Part shown: positions 1 through 8,800 of the stretch, piece after piece | Layout: each line of letters starts with the position of its first letter | Numbering within the stretch: position 1 is the first letter of the stretch | Origin: an uncultured Ardenticatenaceae bacterium | GTDB taxonomy: Bacteria; Chloroflexota; Anaerolineae; Promineifilales; Promineifilaceae | Direction of reading: 5' to 3' | NCBI GenBank assembly: GCA_964389925.1 | Contig: CAYMGE010000002.1 | Location: 47,729 to 111,728 of the forward strand | DNA: 64,000 nt | The notes under the pieces: generated by a model | Database searches by the model: none | What the model was told of the DNA's origin: nothing | The model's input: the letters and a program-made list of their open reading frames with translations, nothing else | Made by a program: the position numbers and the translations under genes

Positions 1-129
1 CGCTTGATTAGTACACTTACACTCAGTTGGCTTTTGTTAGGCGAACGACTACAGACCGTGTGGCAGGCGGTTGGGGCTGCCATTGTTTTAATAACCGTCT
101 CGATTTATTTGTGGCGACAACGTGGATAA
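1..129 (+). CDS. 3' end of a membrane transporter gene, probably EamA/DMT family (partial, runs off window start)
   Basis: Frame 1 is open from base 1 to TAA at 127-129. The translated tail ...LSWLLLGERLQTVWQAVGAAIVLITVSIYLWRQRG looks like the last TM helix of EamA-type permeases. Too short for the ORF track. Confidence 0.35.
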   Translation, partial: RLISTLTLSWLLLGERLQTVWQAVGAAIVLITVSIYLWRQRG

Positions 130-177
130 AATTAAGCCCCTTGCATTTACAGCCCTTGCCTTCTAGCATCCCCTTTA

Positions 178-1521
178 ATGCCACAAGCTAAACGCAACGT
201 CCACACGATTAACCGTGCTATTTTATTTGCCTATGCTCTTATTGCGCTCACGCTCGTTTATTGGAGTGTCGTGCGTGCCGATTGGCTGATGGTGCGCGAA
301 GACAACCCGCGTGTTATCGAAGCGGAGTTGCGAACGCGGCGCGGCACAATTTTCGATGTAAATGGGGATGTGTTAGTAGAATCGGTTGGGGAGGGGCGCG
401 TCGGCCGAGTTTACGTTGATGGAAGCGGCGCGGCCGTTGGCTATTACAGCCCGCGCTTTGGGACACTGGGGGTGGAGCGCGGATTGAATAGTCATTTGAG
501 CGGTGCGGATGAACCTTCGGCCGAAACATTCGCACGCAATCTGCGTCATGAACCACGCATCGGCCGCGACGTTCGCCTCACTATCAATGACAACTGGCAA
601 CAGCAGGCGGCCGAGTTGCTAAAAGGGCAGAAAGGCGGCATCGTTTTGCTTTCGCTTTCAGATATGTCGCTACGAGCGTTGGCGAGTGCGCCGACGTATG
701 ATCCCAATTTGCTCGATGAGCAGTTTGCTGAGTTGAGTGAGGACGCTGATGCGCCGTTGTTGAATCGGCCGATTCAAGGCCAATATCAGCCCGGTCTCGC
801 CCTAGAGCCGTTTATACTCGCCGATCTGGTCAATCGACGCGCTGTCGAACTCGACCGTGCCATTGCTGACCCAAACGAACCAATCCAGCTTGGTAGCACC
901 ACGTTACAATGTCAATCAGAGGTTGACGAAACTGCTGCGTGGTCGATCACACTAGCTGAAACCTGCCCTGCGCCGCTCATCAGCCTCAAAAATCAATTTA
1001 CGCTCACAACCCTTCAAGCACTATATACAAACTTTGGATTTTATCGTCAGCCCGAACTCGCCTTTGCTGTCGAAGGTGAAACACTGCCAATTCTGCTGCC
1101 CGACAACATCGAACGCGCCCTGCTCGGTCAAGACACTCTCACCATCACCCCTTTGCAGCTTGCCCTCGCGTGGGCCGCGTTGGCACGCTCAGGCGAACTG
1201 CTTCAGCCGCACATCGTAGCCGCTTTGGAAAATCAAGCGGGGGCGATGGTGATTCGTTCGCATGAGCAGGAGGCGAGCCAGACGGTTGAAGGCTGGGCGG
1301 CCGAGCGCATCCTAGAGATTTTGCCTAGGTCAACTATCGCTATCGAACACCGCGCACTGGCGATTGCCGACGAACAGGGCAACACGACCGCATGGTATTT
1401 GGGACTTTTCCCGACCACACAGCCGCGTTATGCGTTAGTTGTCGCTTTAGAGGAAAGCGACCTGCCAACAGTGGAAGCGATTGGTCGCCAATTTATTCGC
1501 TCTGTTTCGGGATCACGCTGA
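178..1521 (+). CDS. Penicillin-binding-protein (PBP2/FtsI-type) transpeptidase-like protein with degenerate active-site motifs
   Basis: 447-aa ORF with an N-terminal TM anchor (AILFAYALIALTLVYWSVV). PBP-type blocks present: RRGTIFDVNGDVL, ASAPTYDPNLL, NRPIQGQYQPG. The expected SxxK box reads LALE and the KTG box reads GNT (see findings). Confidence 0.7.
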   Translation: MPQAKRNVHTINRAILFAYALIALTLVYWSVVRADWLMVREDNPRVIEAELRTRRGTIFDVNGDVLVESVGEGRVGRVYVDGSGAAVGYYSPRFGTLGVERGLNSHLSGADEPSAETFARNLRHEPRIGRDVRLTINDNWQQQAAELLKGQKGGIVLLSLSDMSLRALASAPTYDPNLLDEQFAELSEDADAPLLNRPIQGQYQPGLALEPFILADLVNRRAVELDRAIADPNEPIQLGSTTLQCQSEVDETAAWSITLAETCPAPLISLKNQFTLTTLQALYTNFGFYRQPELAFAVEGETLPILLPDNIERALLGQDTLTITPLQLALAWAALARSGELLQPHIVAALENQAGAMVIRSHEQEASQTVEGWAAERILEILPRSTIAIEHRALAIADEQGNTTAWYLGLFPTTQPRYALVVALEESDLPTVEAIGRQFIRSVSGSR

Positions 1522-1533
1522 GAAGATTTTTTC

Positions 1534-2016
1534 CTACAATTTTTCGTGCAGCGTGCGCGTGATCTGCTCGATGTGGGTCACGTCGTGTAACCCCAACTGC
1601 ATGAGTGCATCTGTCATCGAAAAGCTCTCGCGCTCAGGGTGATTGCCGTGACGTTCCCACTGTTCATCTGTCAATGACTTAAACAAATCAATAAATGCAC
1701 GACGATGCTGCACGAAGTCTGCCAGTACCTCGTTCAAGTCCTGCTCGCTGTAGCGATTATCGATCACCATTTGGTCATGATCGGCCGGCACAAGATCAGG
1801 CAGCTCTTCACTCAACATGCGTTCAACGCGATGTTGAAAGATGTAGTCAAAGTCGCGCAGATGACACAACGCCTCCAACGCCGTCCACCCATCGCCGCTA
1901 TCGCGGTAGGTGGTCGCCGTCTCCTGCGTCACGTCGCCTAAAATGTTTTTCAAGATGTCAGGGGTTGTTTTTGCAAGCCAACCGTTGCGCTTGCGAAGTG
2001 TGTTCATGTCGATCAT
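1534..2016 (-). CDS. DinB-family (DinB/YfiT-like) putative metal-dependent protein
   Basis: 160-aa ORF of DinB size with the DinB His pattern (ALCHLRDFDYIFQHR ... LGLHDVTHIEQI). Confidence 0.75.
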   Translation of the reverse strand: MIDMNTLRKRNGWLAKTTPDILKNILGDVTQETATTYRDSGDGWTALEALCHLRDFDYIFQHRVERMLSEELPDLVPADHDQMVIDNRYSEQDLNEVLADFVQHRRAFIDLFKSLTDEQWERHGNHPERESFSMTDALMQLGLHDVTHIEQITRTLHEKL

Positions 2017-2103
2017 AGATTTGTTGAACGCGACTTGAATAACTGTCCCGTTTGAAGACTGGATTCCCGTCTTGACAGATCAGACAGCAATTGAAATCTC
2101 GAT

Positions 2104-2781
2104 CTAAGTAATTGGTAAAACGTACCAGAAAATACACAGAAAGTGACAAAGACTGCCACCTAGCACAAACAGATGCCAGATTGCATGATTATAAGGCAGC
2201 CGATCCCACAGATAGGGAATCACACCTAATGTGTAAGAGATGCCGCCTGCCAATAGCCAAGCAAAGCCCGCTGTTCCCATTGTGCGAATGACGTTTTCTA
2301 AGACAAAAACGACTAGCCAGCCCATTAGAACATAGGCAGCGGTCGTAATTTTATTATAGCGACCTGTGTAGAAGAGTTTGAGAAAGCTGCCGAGGAGCGC
2401 AAGTGACCAGATAATGATAAACAACGTCCAGCCGCCGCTCCCGCGCATTTTGACGAGCAGAATGGGCGTGTAAGAGCCTGCAATCAGCAGAAAGATGCAG
2501 ACATGATCGCAGACGTGTAGGAAGTGACGAACTTTTTGGCGGATAGTCGGCCGATGAAACGCATGGTACAGCGTCGAAGCTAAGTACAACAGGATCAGCG
2601 ACCCACCATAAATGCTCATGCTGACGATGCGATACACATCCATGCCCAGCATCGCTATAATGACCAAGACAATTGTGCCAACAACGGCCGCCGCCGCGCC
2701 GATGCCGTGTGTGATGGCGTTGGCTAGTTCCTCACGTGCTGTGTGCAAAGCGACAAATCCATTCTCAACTTTTTCGCTCAT
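2104..2781 (-). CDS. Hemolysin III / PAQR family membrane protein
   Basis: 225 aa, 7 predicted TM helices. Family motifs: EELANAITHGIG near the N-terminus, LYLASTLYH, HVCDHVCIFLLIAGSYTP, YNHAIWHLFVLGGSLCHF. Confidence 0.9.
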   Translation of the reverse strand: MSEKVENGFVALHTAREELANAITHGIGAAAAVVGTIVLVIIAMLGMDVYRIVSMSIYGGSLILLYLASTLYHAFHRPTIRQKVRHFLHVCDHVCIFLLIAGSYTPILLVKMRGSGGWTLFIIIWSLALLGSFLKLFYTGRYNKITTAAYVLMGWLVVFVLENVIRTMGTAGFAWLLAGGISYTLGVIPYLWDRLPYNHAIWHLFVLGGSLCHFLCIFWYVLPIT

Positions 2782-2928
2782 AGATTCCTAGAATAGTTGG
2801 AGTCTTCGCTTTACGCTAGCGAAATTATGCGGTTCCAAGCTGTAACACATGCACCTACTAAAAGAAAAGCGCGTATTCCATTAAACATCCACAACAGAAG
2901 AATGGATTCCCACCTATTGAAATACACG

Positions 2929-2962
2929 CAAAAGAAAAAAGCCCCCGTTTGAGGAGCTTTTG
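2929..2962 (-). terminator. Rho-independent terminator candidate downstream of the lipoprotein gene
   Basis: On the minus strand, CAAAAGCUCCUCAAACGGGGGCUUUUUUCUUUU: a GC-containing stem (one mismatch) followed by a long U-run. Confidence 0.5.
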
Positions 2963-3099
2963 AAGAGGAGAAGGAGAAAATGATTCTTAATACCCAAAGG
3001 ATAAAGCATTTTTTCCATTTCCCTCATCCAAATTTTTACATTTTGCGCGTCAATGAAATAACACTTGTCGTGAATGAAACGAACATTAAAGCAAGATAA

Positions 3100-4665
3100 T
3101 CACTCAGATGGTGCAATGATTGCGTCGCACGAGGCACCGTTTAGGTTGAGCGTCTCGGCTGATATCCATCCTGTCTCATTCAAAAACAGCGAGCTGTTCA
3201 TCAAATCAACTCGCACCCACCCGTCTTGACGTTCGATGAGTGCCGCAAAGCTCGTCTCGGCCGAAAGCGTGCCGACCACGGCCGAGTCAGGATTAGGCTC
3301 TGCACGCACCACGACCTCTGCCTGCGGCATTGTGTAACAGCTCGTTGCTTGAACTGCCACGGCAAGCGGTAAGTTCTCACATGTCTCGCTCAACGTATAG
3401 CTGCCGTTGGGCGCAAACCAGCGATAGCGAAAAATACCGGTGTTGGCTGCTTGTGCCATGCCGGGTTCAAAGCCAAACCAGCCTGTGACCGTCTGTGCAT
3501 TTAGGATCACCATCGTCTCGGCCGGCAGCGTTGCAAACACCCCTGACTGCACACGAGGCCGCTGGTAGGTGACACTATCCTCGGTCGTTTTCAAGTGGCA
3601 TGGATTTTCACTAAATGCAGTTGTCGCAGGTTGGGCGCGGTCGATATTAGAAATAAGCCAGCCGTTTTCTACACGTGCCAGATCAAAAAAGATATTTTGC
3701 ACAGTTGACTGATTGAGCGTCACTTTGACACGTACCTCTGTCGCACCGCGCTGCTGAATGCCATAGAAGTAGCTCGCAACCTGTTCTGTAATGCCTGTTA
3801 GCTCTCCAATCCTCTCTGCCTGAATCTCTCTTTTGAGTTTGTTCGTCACAAAGTCGAGGCTGCTCAACCCCGTTGGGTCTTGAAGGTAGGTCTGCATAAA
3901 CGCATTCACCGTGTTGCCGGCGGTGGCTATCTCGGCCGAACTCACCGTTATCTCTTCCGTCTGCACCAGCACCTTCTCTTCCAAGACATAAACAAGTCTT
4001 GCCTCCTCACTAGGGCAACAGGGAGAATCTTCCCGCCCGCGCTGGGTCAAATCGAGCGTCATCCCCTCATCGTCAATCGACATAGCATGAATGATGACGC
4101 GGTCGCCGATCAACACCGTGTCCACGATTGTCGGCATATTTTCGACCATCTCGACAATAAAAAGCTCATAGAAGATGCCTGTTCCACCCGTGTTTGTTGC
4201 CAAGATGACAGCGGCCTCTCTATCGCCGTCTCCATCTAGGTCACCAAAAGCATGAACATCGCTGAGTCGAGAATAGATGCGAATGGGGGAATCGGCCGAT
4301 ACAACCTGCTGAAACTCACCGTCCGTTAATTGAACAGCACCACTTCCGGCAAATGTGGTTGGATAGGGGCTATTTCGCAACAGCTCAAACGTTAGCCTTG
4401 CCATCGGTGTTGGCGTATTGGTTGGCTCAAGTGTCGCGGTCGGCGGTGGGGTCTCTGTTGGCTGGGGCGTATCCGTTGGCTCAAGCGTGTTGGTTGGGCT
4501 AGGTGAAGGCGCAACCGTCGGAAATGTAATCTCTGTGGGTTTTGGCGTTGGTATTAGCACAGTTAGCGGCTCGGTTACTGTTGAGAGAGGGGCGCGTTCT
4601 CGTGGAAGTTGCCCACAAGCTGTCAGCACCAATATAAATAGCAGCCATAGTCGGATTGGTCTCAT
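3100..4665 (-). CDS. Secreted lipoprotein of unknown function (Pro/Thr linker, SH3b-like C-terminal repeats)
   Basis: 521-aa ORF with lipobox LVLTAC after a basic N-terminus. Linker PTPKPTEITFPTVAPSPSPTNTLEPTDTPQPTETPPPT. No catalytic motif recognised. Confidence 0.65.
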   Translation of the reverse strand: MRPIRLWLLFILVLTACGQLPRERAPLSTVTEPLTVLIPTPKPTEITFPTVAPSPSPTNTLEPTDTPQPTETPPPTATLEPTNTPTPMARLTFELLRNSPYPTTFAGSGAVQLTDGEFQQVVSADSPIRIYSRLSDVHAFGDLDGDGDREAAVILATNTGGTGIFYELFIVEMVENMPTIVDTVLIGDRVIIHAMSIDDEGMTLDLTQRGREDSPCCPSEEARLVYVLEEKVLVQTEEITVSSAEIATAGNTVNAFMQTYLQDPTGLSSLDFVTNKLKREIQAERIGELTGITEQVASYFYGIQQRGATEVRVKVTLNQSTVQNIFFDLARVENGWLISNIDRAQPATTAFSENPCHLKTTEDSVTYQRPRVQSGVFATLPAETMVILNAQTVTGWFGFEPGMAQAANTGIFRYRWFAPNGSYTLSETCENLPLAVAVQATSCYTMPQAEVVVRAEPNPDSAVVGTLSAETSFAALIERQDGWVRVDLMNSSLFLNETGWISAETLNLNGASCDAIIAPSE

Positions 4666-5013
4666 GTATACTCCGTTCGTTGATCACGATTACGAGGATA
4701 ATACATGGGAATATCACCTGCATGACCTCCCACTCACAGATGTATAACTTTCATACAACCCGCTCGATAGGAGTCCATGCAAATGCCTCCTCGTCACGCT
4801 GCACATGACCGAGACTGGGAAACAGCATGTGGTAGAAGAGGGTCAACAGGCTCTCATTGACAAATCGGCCGAACAAGCGAGTTTTTCATATCACAATTGT
4901 ATCTCACCTATCCCCACGCATGAATATCGCTTATACCCAGCGTTACCACTGGAAAACTGTGCAAGAGAAGGTCTCTATGTGCGCTCGATTGGGGTTCGTC
5001 ATAAAATCAGGCC

Positions 5014-5835
5014 ATGAGTGTCTCAAAAACAGTGAAAACACGTGGAAAAATTCTTGACGAGATCATGCGCTATCATCGGGAGCAGTTGCCAAAAATCAAG
5101 CGCGATGTCCCGCTACGCGATGTACAGGCGTTTGCGACCATCATGCCGAAACCGTTTGACTTCTATGCGGCACTTGCCAAAGAGGGCGTGTCGTTGATTG
5201 CAGAATGCAAGAAAGCGTCGCCGAGCAAGGGCGTGATCGTGCGTGATTATGATCCTATTCGATTGTCAAGACGGTATGTTCGGGGAGGGGCGGCCGCTAT
5301 TTCAGTGCTGACTGATGCGCGGCATTTTCAGGGGAGTTTGAGCGATCTACGCGATGTGCGCGAGGCAACGTTCGAGGCTGGCATCCCCCTGCTTCGCAAG
5401 GATTTCACCTTTGACCCCTATCACGTCTATGAGGCACGAGCGGCAGGAGCCGATGCAATTCTGTTGATTGCAGCCGTGTTGGGCAAGGGGCAGATGCAGG
5501 AGTTACTTGCGTTGACGGACAGTTTGGGGATGAATGCGCTGGTCGAGGTGCATTCAGAGGCCGAATTGCAACAGGTTCTGGACATTAAGCCGCGCATCAT
5601 CGGCGTGAATAATCGCAATTTACAGACGTTTGAGGTTGATTTTGAAAATACACGCCGTCTGCGAAATATGATCCCAGAGGAGATTTTGGCTGTGGGAGAG
5701 AGTGGGCTGCAATCGGCCGATGATGTCCGCACGATGCGAATTATCGGTGTCAACGCGATTCTGGTCGGTGAAACGCTTGTTAAGAGCAAAAGCCCGCTAG
5801 CGACTGTGCGAGAGTTTGTGGCAGCAGGGCAATAG
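5014..5835 (+). CDS. trpC: Indole-3-glycerol-phosphate synthase
   Basis: 273 aa with IAECKKASPSKGVI, AISVLTD, LRKDF, IGVNNRNLQTFEV, ESGL: canonical IGPS blocks. Confidence 0.93.
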   Translation: MSVSKTVKTRGKILDEIMRYHREQLPKIKRDVPLRDVQAFATIMPKPFDFYAALAKEGVSLIAECKKASPSKGVIVRDYDPIRLSRRYVRGGAAAISVLTDARHFQGSLSDLRDVREATFEAGIPLLRKDFTFDPYHVYEARAAGADAILLIAAVLGKGQMQELLALTDSLGMNALVEVHSEAELQQVLDIKPRIIGVNNRNLQTFEVDFENTRRLRNMIPEEILAVGESGLQSADDVRTMRIIGVNAILVGETLVKSKSPLATVREFVAAGQ

Positions 5836-5850
5836 TGACTATGTTAAACG

Positions 5851-5889
5851 TAAGGCGTATTGCGTGTTCTGTATATGCAATACGCCTTA
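5851..5889. terminator. Bidirectional hairpin terminator between convergent trpC and S8 peptidase genes
   Basis: Perfect 13-bp inverted repeat TAAGGCGTATTGC (5851-5863) / GCAATACGCCTTA (5877-5889) with a 13-nt loop, sitting between two convergent stop codons (5835 and 5908). Confidence 0.6.
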
Positions 5890-5907
5890 CGACCAAATCG
5901 ATCTCCG

Positions 5908-8766
5908 CTATTGCTGTAGCCAGAAGGAGACCCACGGAGATGCGTCCAGCTTGCGCCACCCATCTCCGCCCGTGAGTGCGAGATAAAACTTGAGTTCATG
6001 GCGGAGTCCGGCAGCCGGGTCCATGTGTAGCTCTTCATAGGGCATAAACAACTCAAAGTTTGTGTAGGATTCGTTGGCTGAATTAGGGGTAAATGTCCGT
6101 CCAACGGCGACATCGCCCTGTTGTGTTCGATAGCGGTTGTTGAAGTCACGCAGCGGCCGATTTGCGCTATTATCAAAGTAGAAAAACGCCGTCAAGCCTG
6201 CGGGCTTACCTGCCCCATTGCGAACGTCTAAATTGGCGCGAATCACCATGCCATCGACCCCATCGCGTGTCATATTATGTTGAACGCTGATATTTGAGAT
6301 CGTGCCGCCACCAAGGCGGCCGGCATCGCTGCTATATCTGAAAGAGAGCGGATTGCTGTTTGCCAATGCGTTGCCGTTCGAGTCAAAGATAGCCACTCGA
6401 AAGCTGAGTTGATGTGCGCCAGCCCCTAACTCCAACTCACTGTAGGGTAGAAATAGTGGGTAATCGCTAAAACGTGCGTCATCATAAATTGGCGTAAAGT
6501 CATTTGTTGAAGCGATATTGCCACTTGAATTGACAAATTGTTCATTTCTATCTGGCAACGGGTTGCCCCCGCTGTCGTAGAACGTGGCGACCGCAAAGCC
6601 GCGCTGCTGGTTCATATTGCTGACCCGAAAATCGGTGTAGATCAGCATCCCTTTTTGCTGACTAACATAAACGTTGTGCTCCATCTCAACCGTGTTAATA
6701 GTGGCGGATGGTGTGCCGGCACGTGGGGCGGGATCGGCCGAGCTTGGTGCATTCCCCAGCGTCAAAAACCCACTTCCATACCCATAATCATAGCCGGCGG
6801 GGCCAGCATCTATCGCGTTGTCGAGCAGATAGTTGCGGACATCATCGGCCGATGCCTGTGCATTAGCCGAGAAAAGGATAGCAGCGGCTCCTGCCACGTG
6901 CGGCGCGGAGGCGGAGGTTCCATGAAATGGCTCCCCAATATAGCTACTTCCGCTGACCCCTGCTGGGGCAGAAATATCCGGTTTGTCACGCCCGTCAAGC
7001 GTCGGTCCTTGTGAACTATATTCCGCAAGCGAGCTGTCTTGCCAATTGACGGCTCCCACCGTCAACGCGCTTGGGGCATCACCGGGAGAGAGCAGACTAT
7101 ATTGTGGGTGGGCGTAGGGAAGGTCAACATAGCTGGTAAACAAGTTTAATTTGCTAGGGCGCGTCACATCATATCCCTGAATGACGAGATAGTAGGGTCT
7201 ATTTGCCAACTCCGTCACATATCCTTCAAAAGGGACATCCGTTGCGCTACCTCCCTGCGGATCCCATGCCTTGTGTTCCCAATCTTCTATATCCAAATCT
7301 AGCTCATCGGCACTCACAATAAAAAAGTCAAAATCTTGTGTCGCACCGCCCCAAACGTCATCCCAAGAAAGGAAGACCTGAACCGCGCCAAAATGGTCAA
7401 AAGAGAGCAGTTCACCGCCGTGTGGAAATTCATGAAAGCCGTTGCCATTTTCGTCTGTGAACTCCATGTAGAGATGTTCTTCGGCCGAATTTCCCGCTGC
7501 ATTAACCCACAAAATGCCGTTGTCCGTTGCCCGCTTGACAGCCTCCACATCTGGCCCTGTGCCGTCCATAGGCGCAAAGAAAGTACCGGCCGAATACGAG
7601 ATAATGGCGACATTTTGCGCGATCATCCAATCAACCGCGTTTTCAAATTCAATATGCGTTTCAGCCTGTGCAAAAAAAAGCTCTATGCCGGGAGCCATCT
7701 CGTAAATGATTTCCGCAGACGCTGTTCCATGCACGCCGCGCATCGCGTTGAGCGCGTCTGGTGCTTGCATCGTCGTGACCGATGATGGCAAATCTGTGCC
7801 AAGCAACGCTTGATAATTGCCAAATCCGCCGGGATCGATGACCCCTACCCTGACCCCTTGTCCTGTAAATCCGGCTGCGTGCCACTGATCGGCCGCCGTA
7901 TTTGCAACCCCTTCACCAACGACCTGAGCATTCACGGCCTGCTCCACGATAATATCAGGTGTCCGCACCCCAACGACGTGCGGTGTGTAGGCGAGCTGCA
8001 CAAGACGCACAACCGCATCCTCTGAAGAGGCCGCCTGTTGCAACTCAGACAGTGGAATGCCTATCTCGATCTCATTGCCGTGGCTGCCTAGGTTGGTGAT
8101 GTTGTTCTCCTCTAGGATGGGCGTAATGAGCGACATATCCTCTGTATCGAGGATCAAAACCAAACGCAGTTCGTCATCTTCATTAATGAGCCTGCGCTTG
8201 CGAGCAAGATCGACGGCTGCGTCAAACCCTTCTAACTCATAGGCCAAGGCAAAATCGAGATAGGCAGAATTGAGTTTGATCGCCGTCAATAGCCCTGTCT
8301 CACCCATGATTTCGCGCAAAGCGCGAAACCCTTCCTTCTCGTACATCTCGATCAGCAGACGATAAACTTCACGCAATGTTTGCTCGTCAGACAGATCTAA
8401 ATTTGCCATCAAGGTGGCTATTTCTGGATATTTTTCGATCAACTCGGCTAACTTTGGTGATTTGCTGATGTCGATGCTGCCCGTATCGACAGAGCCGACA
8501 TCGCCCACAATAATGACGGTTGGTACGGGGGTGGGATCGGCCGATTCCCCCTGTTCCCCCGTCTCATCCTCTGGCTCCGTCGTTGCCAACACGGTCGGTA
8601 AAGGAGCCTGCGACTCAAGCGTCACCTCTGTCACCACCTCGCCAACGGGTTGCTCGCTCTCTGGCTCCTCATCGCTGGGTCGCAAATATAGCAAGCCTGC
8701 TAGCCCGATTGCAATCACTAATAACGTCCCAAATAGCGCAAGCATAATAGTCGTCTGTTTTGTCAT
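5908..8766 (-). CDS. Membrane-anchored subtilisin-like (S8) serine peptidase
   Basis: 952 aa with an N-terminal TM helix (IMLALFGTLLVIAIGLAGLLYL). Asp/His/Ser triad blocks VGVIDPGG, HGTASAEII, GTSASAPHVAGAAA. Two related beta-rich C-terminal repeats of about 100 aa. Confidence 0.9.
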   Translation of the reverse strand: MTKQTTIMLALFGTLLVIAIGLAGLLYLRPSDEEPESEQPVGEVVTEVTLESQAPLPTVLATTEPEDETGEQGESADPTPVPTVIIVGDVGSVDTGSIDISKSPKLAELIEKYPEIATLMANLDLSDEQTLREVYRLLIEMYEKEGFRALREIMGETGLLTAIKLNSAYLDFALAYELEGFDAAVDLARKRRLINEDDELRLVLILDTEDMSLITPILEENNITNLGSHGNEIEIGIPLSELQQAASSEDAVVRLVQLAYTPHVVGVRTPDIIVEQAVNAQVVGEGVANTAADQWHAAGFTGQGVRVGVIDPGGFGNYQALLGTDLPSSVTTMQAPDALNAMRGVHGTASAEIIYEMAPGIELFFAQAETHIEFENAVDWMIAQNVAIISYSAGTFFAPMDGTGPDVEAVKRATDNGILWVNAAGNSAEEHLYMEFTDENGNGFHEFPHGGELLSFDHFGAVQVFLSWDDVWGGATQDFDFFIVSADELDLDIEDWEHKAWDPQGGSATDVPFEGYVTELANRPYYLVIQGYDVTRPSKLNLFTSYVDLPYAHPQYSLLSPGDAPSALTVGAVNWQDSSLAEYSSQGPTLDGRDKPDISAPAGVSGSSYIGEPFHGTSASAPHVAGAAAILFSANAQASADDVRNYLLDNAIDAGPAGYDYGYGSGFLTLGNAPSSADPAPRAGTPSATINTVEMEHNVYVSQQKGMLIYTDFRVSNMNQQRGFAVATFYDSGGNPLPDRNEQFVNSSGNIASTNDFTPIYDDARFSDYPLFLPYSELELGAGAHQLSFRVAIFDSNGNALANSNPLSFRYSSDAGRLGGGTISNISVQHNMTRDGVDGMVIRANLDVRNGAGKPAGLTAFFYFDNSANRPLRDFNNRYRTQQGDVAVGRTFTPNSANESYTNFELFMPYEELHMDPAAGLRHELKFYLALTGGDGWRKLDASPWVSFWLQQ

Positions 8767-8800
8767 GAGAAAATCTCCTTGTTTAAGATAAACCCTTTAG

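Noticed and set aside
2980-3099. 39-codon + strand ORF (MILNTQRIKHFFHFPHPNFYILRVNEITLVVNETNIKAR) with a strong GAGGAGAAGGAGAAA SD-like run
   Set aside because: It lies between the lipoprotein stop and its predicted terminator (probable 3' UTR of the opposite strand), is AT-rich, and I have no paralogue or conservation evidence. It might deserve a Ribo-seq check but is unsupported here.
4418-4747. Gly/Val/Ser-rich ORFs on the + strand (4418-4747 and 11447-11710)
   Set aside because: They are the antisense reading of the Pro/Thr-rich linker DNA of the lipoprotein and kinase-2 genes, a compositional artefact.
5851-5889. Shared TATTGCGTGT-containing sequences at 5856, 14322 and 34586 as a dispersed repeat family
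   Set aside because: Only about 10 nt are shared and the surrounding stems differ. With three short matches I cannot distinguish this from chance, so only the clear 13-bp hairpin at 5851-5889 is reported.
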